Position numbers and translations under genes: made by a program. A stretch of DNA of 64,000 bases from the NCBI GenBank assembly GCA_965112635.1, contig OZ218778.1, positions 960,001 to 1,024,000 of the forward strand. Reading direction: 5' to 3'. This document shows, piece after piece, positions 57,351 to 64,000 of this stretch; within the stretch, counting starts at the first letter, position 1; each line of letters starts with the position of its first letter. The notes beneath the pieces are model-generated. The model saw only the letters and a program-made list of their open reading frames with translations, had not been told where the DNA came from and searched no databases. Origin of the DNA: an uncultured bacterium. Its GTDB lineage: Bacteria; Oederibacteriota; Oederibacteriia; Oederibacteriales; Oederibacteriaceae.

Positions 57351-57632
57351 ATGGCAAAACTCATCAATTTACCTACCCGTCTCGTTCCTGAAGGCGAAAA
57401 TAATGACAGACTGTTATCGGATCAACAGGTCGCTGAACTGGCAATCGTATCTATCAACACTGTGCGTTATTGGCGGCAAATTGGTAAGCTGCCTTTTGTC
57501 AAAGTGGGTAAGCATCCTCAGGTATGGCTGTCTGTATTTAATAAAGTATTTGGAAAGCCTGTATTTCAGGGTGGCGTTAATTCTGATAACATGAAACCTG
57601 TCCAGGACATTAGGAGGATTTCAAATGGGTAA
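57351..57632 (+). CDS. xis: Excisionase-like HTH protein
   Basis: LLSDQQVAEL...SINTVRYWRQ.GKLPFVKVG; overlaps the integrase start. Confidence 0.75.
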   Translation: MAKLINLPTRLVPEGENNDRLLSDQQVAELAIVSINTVRYWRQIGKLPFVKVGKHPQVWLSVFNKVFGKPVFQGGVNSDNMKPVQDIRRISNG

Positions 57633-58779
57633 ACCTAATGCCAAGAATTTACCTCCCCATCTGAGGAAAGATGATGGGGGTTATTTTATAGATTATTTTG
57701 TTGAAGAACTGGGGGTGAAGAAAAGAAAGCGCGTGCGTCTTGGGCATGTTCCTTTGGTTCAAGCAAAAAGCGTTCTGAGCGATCATATGCAGGCCATTGT
57801 TAAAGGGAAATTTTTGTTGGAGCAAAAACCAAAGATTACTTTTAATGAGGCTGCGGATAATTTCTTGGCTTTTTCTAGAGCGAGAAGGAAGCGGTTTGGG
57901 GATGATGAGCGGATGGTAAAAAACCTTAAAAGCTTCTTTGACAAACGTCCTCTGGAAAGCTTGACACTTGATCAGGTTGAGGAATATGTGTCTTTTAGGC
58001 GGAATGAAGCCAGGAAGGACAAAGAAATATGCGGGGTTTTAAGGAAGGGCATTGAGCTTAAAGCAGCTTCGCTCAATAGAGAACTTGCTTGTTTGAGAAC
58101 TGTTGTGAGACGGGCTATTTTGAACAGGCAAATTGATCGTAACCCAATTGAGGGATTAAAGTTATTTAAGGAAACTTTCAGGGATAGAACCCTTACGCCT
58201 GAGGAGTACCAGCGGCTTTTAGCCGCCTGCGCACCACATCTCAAGATTATCGTACAATTGGCGTATGATTCTGCCATGAGAAAAGGCGAGATTCTTGGAT
58301 TGAAATGGGAGCAGATAAACTTTAGGGAAGGGGTTATTATCCTGGATGCCGCTGATACTAAAACCCAGGAAAAACGGGAGATTCCACTGGATGAGAAGCT
58401 CGTCAGTTTATTGCAGGGACTCCCAAAAGTACCTGGCTGTCCTTTCGTGTTCACGTACCAGAAAAGAGGGCTGGTGACTATCATGACTGCTTTCAAAGCT
58501 GCATGCCGAAGAGCCAATATTAAGGATCTACATTTTCATGACCTTCGGCACTGCTCAATTACTAATTTTCGGAAGGCAGGGGTTAGTGATAATACTACCA
58601 TGTCTATTTCTGGGCATAAGACGCATGATGTTTTCAAAAGGTACGACCGTATTGACAGGGGAGATCGCCAAAAAGCATTGGAACAGGTTAGAAAAATGAA
58701 TGACACGGATATGACACGAACAACATTTGGCGCACCTCTTTCAAAGGAAGAAGTGGTAAAATCGTTATCCTGTAACTAA
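57625..58779 (+). CDS. int: Tyrosine recombinase/integrase
   Basis: MRKGEI, KT, FHDLRH, ISGHKT, RYD catalytic set. Confidence 0.95.
   Translation: MGKPNAKNLPPHLRKDDGGYFIDYFVEELGVKKRKRVRLGHVPLVQAKSVLSDHMQAIVKGKFLLEQKPKITFNEAADNFLAFSRARRKRFGDDERMVKNLKSFFDKRPLESLTLDQVEEYVSFRRNEARKDKEICGVLRKGIELKAASLNRELACLRTVVRRAILNRQIDRNPIEGLKLFKETFRDRTLTPEEYQRLLAACAPHLKIIVQLAYDSAMRKGEILGLKWEQINFREGVIILDAADTKTQEKREIPLDEKLVSLLQGLPKVPGCPFVFTYQKRGLVTIMTAFKAACRRANIKDLHFHDLRHCSITNFRKAGVSDNTTMSISGHKTHDVFKRYDRIDRGDRQKALEQVRKMNDTDMTRTTFGAPLSKEEVVKSLSCN
58698..58718 (+). promoter_or_regulatory. Putative integrase arm-type sites (right)
   Basis: Identical 21-mer to 1549-1569. Confidence 0.7.
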
Positions 58780-58790
58780 AATTGTTCAGT

Positions 58791-58867
58791 CGGGGCGTAG
58801 CGCAGCTGGCTAGCGCACCTGCTTTGGGAGCAGGGGGTCGCCCGTTCAAATCGGGCCGCCCCGACCA
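58791..58867 (+). tRNA. tRNA-Pro (TGG)
   Basis: Full cloverleaf: CGGGGCG/CGCCCCG, GCGC D-stem, CCTGC-TTTGGGA-GCAGG, TTCAAAT, encoded CCA. Confidence 0.97.
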
Positions 58868-58920
58868 AAAAATTATAATTTCACCGCATAAGGATAGTCA
58901 GCTCCTCTTTGGAGACTTGA

Positions 58921-60249
58921 ATGATCGACGATATGCTCTTTGGAACGAAATTACCCCAAAAGGTCTGGAAGCCCGCCCTCAGAAGAGTTTTGACCGGCAC
59001 CTGGAAGCCTATGGTGATGCAAACCGGTGCAATTGAGCAACCTCAGGCCCTCAAAGAGCTCGGCCTTTACCTGCACGTCCCGTTCTGTAAAAAACCATGT
59101 CCTTTCTGTCCTTACAACCGCGTGCAATACGAAAAAAGCCTTTATAAAAAGTTTGAACAGGCGGTTCACCAAGAGATAGACCTGTACCGGACAAACCTCC
59201 AGAAAATTCCAGGGTATAGTGTTGGCCAGACCCGCATCAGTTCCCTTTATATAGGGGGCGGGACACCGACCTTAGAGCCCCAAAGCCTGGCAGGGATCAT
59301 CAGCCATCTCAAGGAGGTTTTTGGCCAGCCTGAGGACATCTGCGTGGAGCTCCATCCCGCGGCCATGGATGAGGCCTGCCTGGATGTGCTGCAAACAAAC
59401 GGGGTCAGCATGGTTTCCATCGGCGTGGAGAGTTTTTGCGACCGGCATCTGGAACTTATCGGCCGGTCCCACAACGGCCAGGAGGCCAGAGAAGCGCTCC
59501 GCCGCGCTGTGAAACGGCGGTTCAAGACGGTCAACGTGGACCTCATGTTCGCCCTGCCCTTACAAACCTTAGCGGACCTGGACCGCGACCTGGAAACAGC
59601 GCTGGAGTCCGGTGCCGACCAGATCTCCGCTTATCCCATATTCGGGTTTCCCTATAGCGATCTCGGAAAAAAACTGGGGATCAGGGAGATCAAGAGGCCC
59701 AAGGGCAGTTTGATCAGGAAAATGCTGAGCCGTATCCGTCAGCGCTCGCTGGAGCACGGTTTCAGCCAGTGCGCTGTCTGGTCTTTTATAAAGCCGGGTA
59801 AGAAAAAATTTAGCTCGGTCACCCGGCACCATTACCTCGGGTTTGGGCCGAGCGCGGCCTCTATGACAGGAAACCAGTTTTATATTAATACCTTTGATGT
59901 CGAAGAATACAGCCGGCGTTTGCCCGGGCATTTACCGGTGGCCCTGGTGGCGCCTATGGACCAGAAGCTGGAAATGGCCTACTGGTTCTACTGGAAAGCC
60001 TATGAAATGCGGTTCAGCGCCCTGGAATTCCAGGACTTATTCCACCAGGGACTGGATACGGTTTTTGGCCGTGTCCTGAGAGTCCTAAAAACACTTGGTC
60101 TTGTCGTTAAAAAGGGAGATGATTATATCGTGACCGATAGCGCGTCCTATTGGATCCACCGCCTGCAGAACGAATATGCGCTGAACTATATCGACCGGTT
60201 GTGGGGAACCTGCAAGGCAGTTCCGTGGCCAGAGCGGGTAGTATTGTGA
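58921..60249 (+). CDS. HemN-like radical SAM protein
   Basis: LYLHVPFCKKPCPFC, YIGGGTPT, VNVDLMF. Confidence 0.88.
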   Translation: MIDDMLFGTKLPQKVWKPALRRVLTGTWKPMVMQTGAIEQPQALKELGLYLHVPFCKKPCPFCPYNRVQYEKSLYKKFEQAVHQEIDLYRTNLQKIPGYSVGQTRISSLYIGGGTPTLEPQSLAGIISHLKEVFGQPEDICVELHPAAMDEACLDVLQTNGVSMVSIGVESFCDRHLELIGRSHNGQEAREALRRAVKRRFKTVNVDLMFALPLQTLADLDRDLETALESGADQISAYPIFGFPYSDLGKKLGIREIKRPKGSLIRKMLSRIRQRSLEHGFSQCAVWSFIKPGKKKFSSVTRHHYLGFGPSAASMTGNQFYINTFDVEEYSRRLPGHLPVALVAPMDQKLEMAYWFYWKAYEMRFSALEFQDLFHQGLDTVFGRVLRVLKTLGLVVKKGDDYIVTDSASYWIHRLQNEYALNYIDRLWGTCKAVPWPERVVL

Positions 60250-60295
60250 CCATTCATCGGCTAAAATTTTAAAAAAGAAAAAAGGGAGGCTGTAA

Positions 60296-61801
<1,506 letters not shown>

Positions 61802-61821
61802 GGAGTAAACAAGAGGAGGTT

Positions 61822-63867
61822 GTGATGAGCGTCAAACAAATCCTGACCAAGACCACTTTGGAGGATATGGAAAAAAGCCGGCAAAGAGTGGGACATTTCC
61901 TTAGCGCTCCGCAAAACATCCCAGTTGCTTTTACCTATGGCGGGAAAAAAATATCAGGCATACCTTTGGACTGGCATCCGATTACCCAAAGACGGCGTAT
62001 TGACGCCAACATGGTGGAAACAGTGTTCATGGGACAGGAACCCAAGACCGGCCTGGAGATGCGGGTGGAGTGTTTAGAATACGCGGACTATCCGGTGGTG
62101 GAGTGGACAGCCTGGCTGACCCAAAAAGGAAGCCAACCCACGCCCCTCATCGCCGACCTGCTGGGTTTGGACGCGGGGTTTCTTGGCCAAAAACCGGTGT
62201 TGTGGCATTGCAACGGGGATTATTGCCACGAGGACGGTTATGCCCCGAAGGAAACTCCGGTCGGCGACAAAGACAGTTTAAAATTCGCGCCGGTAGGCGG
62301 CAGGCCCTGCGACCAGGCTTTTCCCTATTTCCGTATCCTGTTCCAAGGGAGCGGGTTGACCCTGGCCATAGGCTGGCCCGGGCAATGGTCAGCCAGCTTC
62401 CAAGGAACCAAAGACGGGGTCTGGGTCAAGGCCGGACAGGAACAGATTAGCCTGAAATTAATGCCCGGAGAAACTATTCGCACGCCCCGTATCACACTGC
62501 TGTCCTGGACAGGAAGCCAAGAACGGTCGGTTAACCTTTGGCGCAGGTGGTATCTGGCGCATGTGCTGCCCAGACCTGACGGCCAGCCTTTACAGCCTTT
62601 GCTGGCGGCCACGGGCACAGACCCGGGCGAGGGCGGTGAATACACCGGAGCTACCGAGGAAAACCAGCTCCGCTACCAGGACCTGGTCCATAAAATAGGT
62701 TTGGATTTTGACATCTGGTGGATCGACGCGGGCTGGTATCCCTGCAAAAGTCCCCAGGGAAAAAGAGAGTGGCCGGTGACCGGTTCGTGGGAGCCTGACC
62801 CGGAGCGTTTTCCCAGGGGTTTAAAGCCTATTTCCGACCATGCCGCCCAGTATGGGGCGAAACTTCTGCTCTGGTTCGAGCCGGAAAGAGTGCGCTTTAA
62901 CACCCGGCTGGAGACCGAACATCCGGAGTTTTTACTGCGCTCGAACCGAAAGGACTGGGCGGGGTCTGAAAACAGCCTGCTCAACCTGGGCAACCCGGCC
63001 TGCCGGGCCTGGCTTACGGACCATATCTGCAGGTTAATAAAGGAAAACGGCATCAAGGTTTACCGCCAGGATTTTAATTTTGAGCCGCTGAGTTACTGGC
63101 AAGAGAACGAGCCGGCTGACCGGCAGGGCATCAATGAGAACCTGCATGTGCAGGGATATCTCCAGTTTTGGGACGATCTGCTGGCCAGGAACCCCGGCCT
63201 GTGGATAGACTCCTGCGCTTCCGGAGGACGGCGCAACGATTTGGAAACCATGCGCCGGTCCGTACCCCTGCATTATTCGGACTATGCCTATGGCATCAGC
63301 CGGGTCAAGACGGCTTTTCACCATACGCTCTTTGCCTGGATACCCTATTTCAAGGACGTGGCCCTGAACTGGAATTTGGAGAAGTTCAGCTGGGGCCCCG
63401 GTGAAGTGCTGGTCACTGAGCCCTTAGACAGCTTTGCCTACCATTGCGGGATGGCCGGAATGTTTTTCCCGAGTTTTGACGCCAACAAGACGGACAACGA
63501 TTACGCCCTGATGTTAAAGATGGTGAAGATCTGGCGCCGGGCCGTGAAACTGATGCTCTACGCCGACTACTATCCCCTGACGCCATTCAGCAAGAGCGGA
63601 GAAAAGTGGGTGGTCTGGCAGTTCGATTGTCCGGAAAAAGGAATGGGATTGATCCAGGGTATAAGGCTCAAGAACTGCCCGGAGGGAAAAATTACGGTCA
63701 AGCCCAGAGGCATCAGTCCGGAAACTGAATATGTTCTGGAAAACCAGGAGACCGGCCAGGTATTAAAAGTGCCGGGGAAAACGCTTGTGCAGGATGGGTT
63801 CACTTTTGAGCTCCCCCAGCGCAGCGGCGCTATCTGGTTCTACAGAGTTACTTACACGGGTAAATAA
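61822..63867 (+). CDS. Alpha-galactosidase (GH36-like)
   Basis: WIDAGWY, LWFEPE, RQDFN, IDSCASGGRR.D. Confidence 0.85.
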   Translation: MMSVKQILTKTTLEDMEKSRQRVGHFLSAPQNIPVAFTYGGKKISGIPLDWHPITQRRRIDANMVETVFMGQEPKTGLEMRVECLEYADYPVVEWTAWLTQKGSQPTPLIADLLGLDAGFLGQKPVLWHCNGDYCHEDGYAPKETPVGDKDSLKFAPVGGRPCDQAFPYFRILFQGSGLTLAIGWPGQWSASFQGTKDGVWVKAGQEQISLKLMPGETIRTPRITLLSWTGSQERSVNLWRRWYLAHVLPRPDGQPLQPLLAATGTDPGEGGEYTGATEENQLRYQDLVHKIGLDFDIWWIDAGWYPCKSPQGKREWPVTGSWEPDPERFPRGLKPISDHAAQYGAKLLLWFEPERVRFNTRLETEHPEFLLRSNRKDWAGSENSLLNLGNPACRAWLTDHICRLIKENGIKVYRQDFNFEPLSYWQENEPADRQGINENLHVQGYLQFWDDLLARNPGLWIDSCASGGRRNDLETMRRSVPLHYSDYAYGISRVKTAFHHTLFAWIPYFKDVALNWNLEKFSWGPGEVLVTEPLDSFAYHCGMAGMFFPSFDANKTDNDYALMLKMVKIWRRAVKLMLYADYYPLTPFSKSGEKWVVWQFDCPEKGMGLIQGIRLKNCPEGKITVKPRGISPETEYVLENQETGQVLKVPGKTLVQDGFTFELPQRSGAIWFYRVTYTGK

Positions 63868-63871
63868 TAAA

Positions 63872-63958
63872 TCCTCCCCTTTGTAAGGGGAGGAAAAAGG
63901 TGGGGTAGAGCGCTAGGCCGTTCTACCTCCCCTTTGTCCCCTCCTCCCCATACGGGGA
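63872..63958. repeat. CCTCCCC-type palindromic REP-like hairpins
   Basis: TCCTCCCCTT-TGT-AAGGGGAGGA followed by further CCTCCCC/GGGGA units. Confidence 0.55.
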
Positions 63959-64000
63959 CTATAAAGAGTTACAAAGGAGGGGAGAGTTTCATTGGTCGAA

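Larger units (their letters stand above)
1332..58829. mobile_element. Integrative genomic island (~57.5 kb) inserted in tRNA-Pro(TGG)
   Basis: 42-bp direct repeat 1332-1373 / 58788-58829 (1 mismatch) ending at anticodon loop TTTGGGA; tyrosine integrase and xis next to the right end; AT-rich compared with the flanks; defence, TA and primase cargo. Confidence 0.92.

Noticed and set aside
1332-58829. Prophage or ICE interpretation
   Set aside because: No recognisable terminase, capsid, tail, lysis, relaxase or T4SS genes.
58782-59036. 84-aa ORF after the integrase
   Set aside because: It overlaps the tRNA-Pro gene and the radical SAM start; spurious.

Overview
Bacterial chromosome segment, probably from a diderm (two outer-membrane beta-barrel genes). 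GC-rich host genes flank a ~57.5 kb AT-rich integrative island: rph and rdgB on the left; a HemN-like radical SAM protein, a GH51 arabinofuranosidase and a GH36 alpha-galactosidase on the right. The island is inserted at the anticodon loop of tRNA-Pro(TGG) and is bounded by a 42-bp direct repeat (1332-1373 / 58788-58829). Unusually, the duplicated part is the 5' half of the tRNA: the intact tRNA lies at the far end, 11 nt after the integrase stop, and the left junction is a 77-nt pseudo-tRNA with a decayed 3' half. The island has a tyrosine integrase, an Xis-like HTH and two CHC2-TOPRIM primases with different NTPase tails. I recognise no capsid, relaxase or conjugation genes. The left part is a defence block: HigBA and VapBC TA pairs, a PD-(D/E)XK plus TM0106 nuclease pair, a type III RM system, and a REase-NACHT protein. 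The middle has a tandem array of three HhH-GPD/glycosylase-like genes under a divergent XRE regulator, plus a fourth degenerate homolog coupled to a coiled-coil-less Rad50/DndD-like ATPase; this is my best candidate for an undescribed defence system. The right part carries three STAS paralogs (diverged phospho-sites, a C15 tract, a c-di-GMP-I-like riboswitch) and an envelope gene set whose three promoters share a 10-bp tandem operator exactly 48 bp before the -10 box. Three apparently identical 1435-bp IS256 copies each split a gene. All family calls come from motif recognition by eye; no database searches were run.
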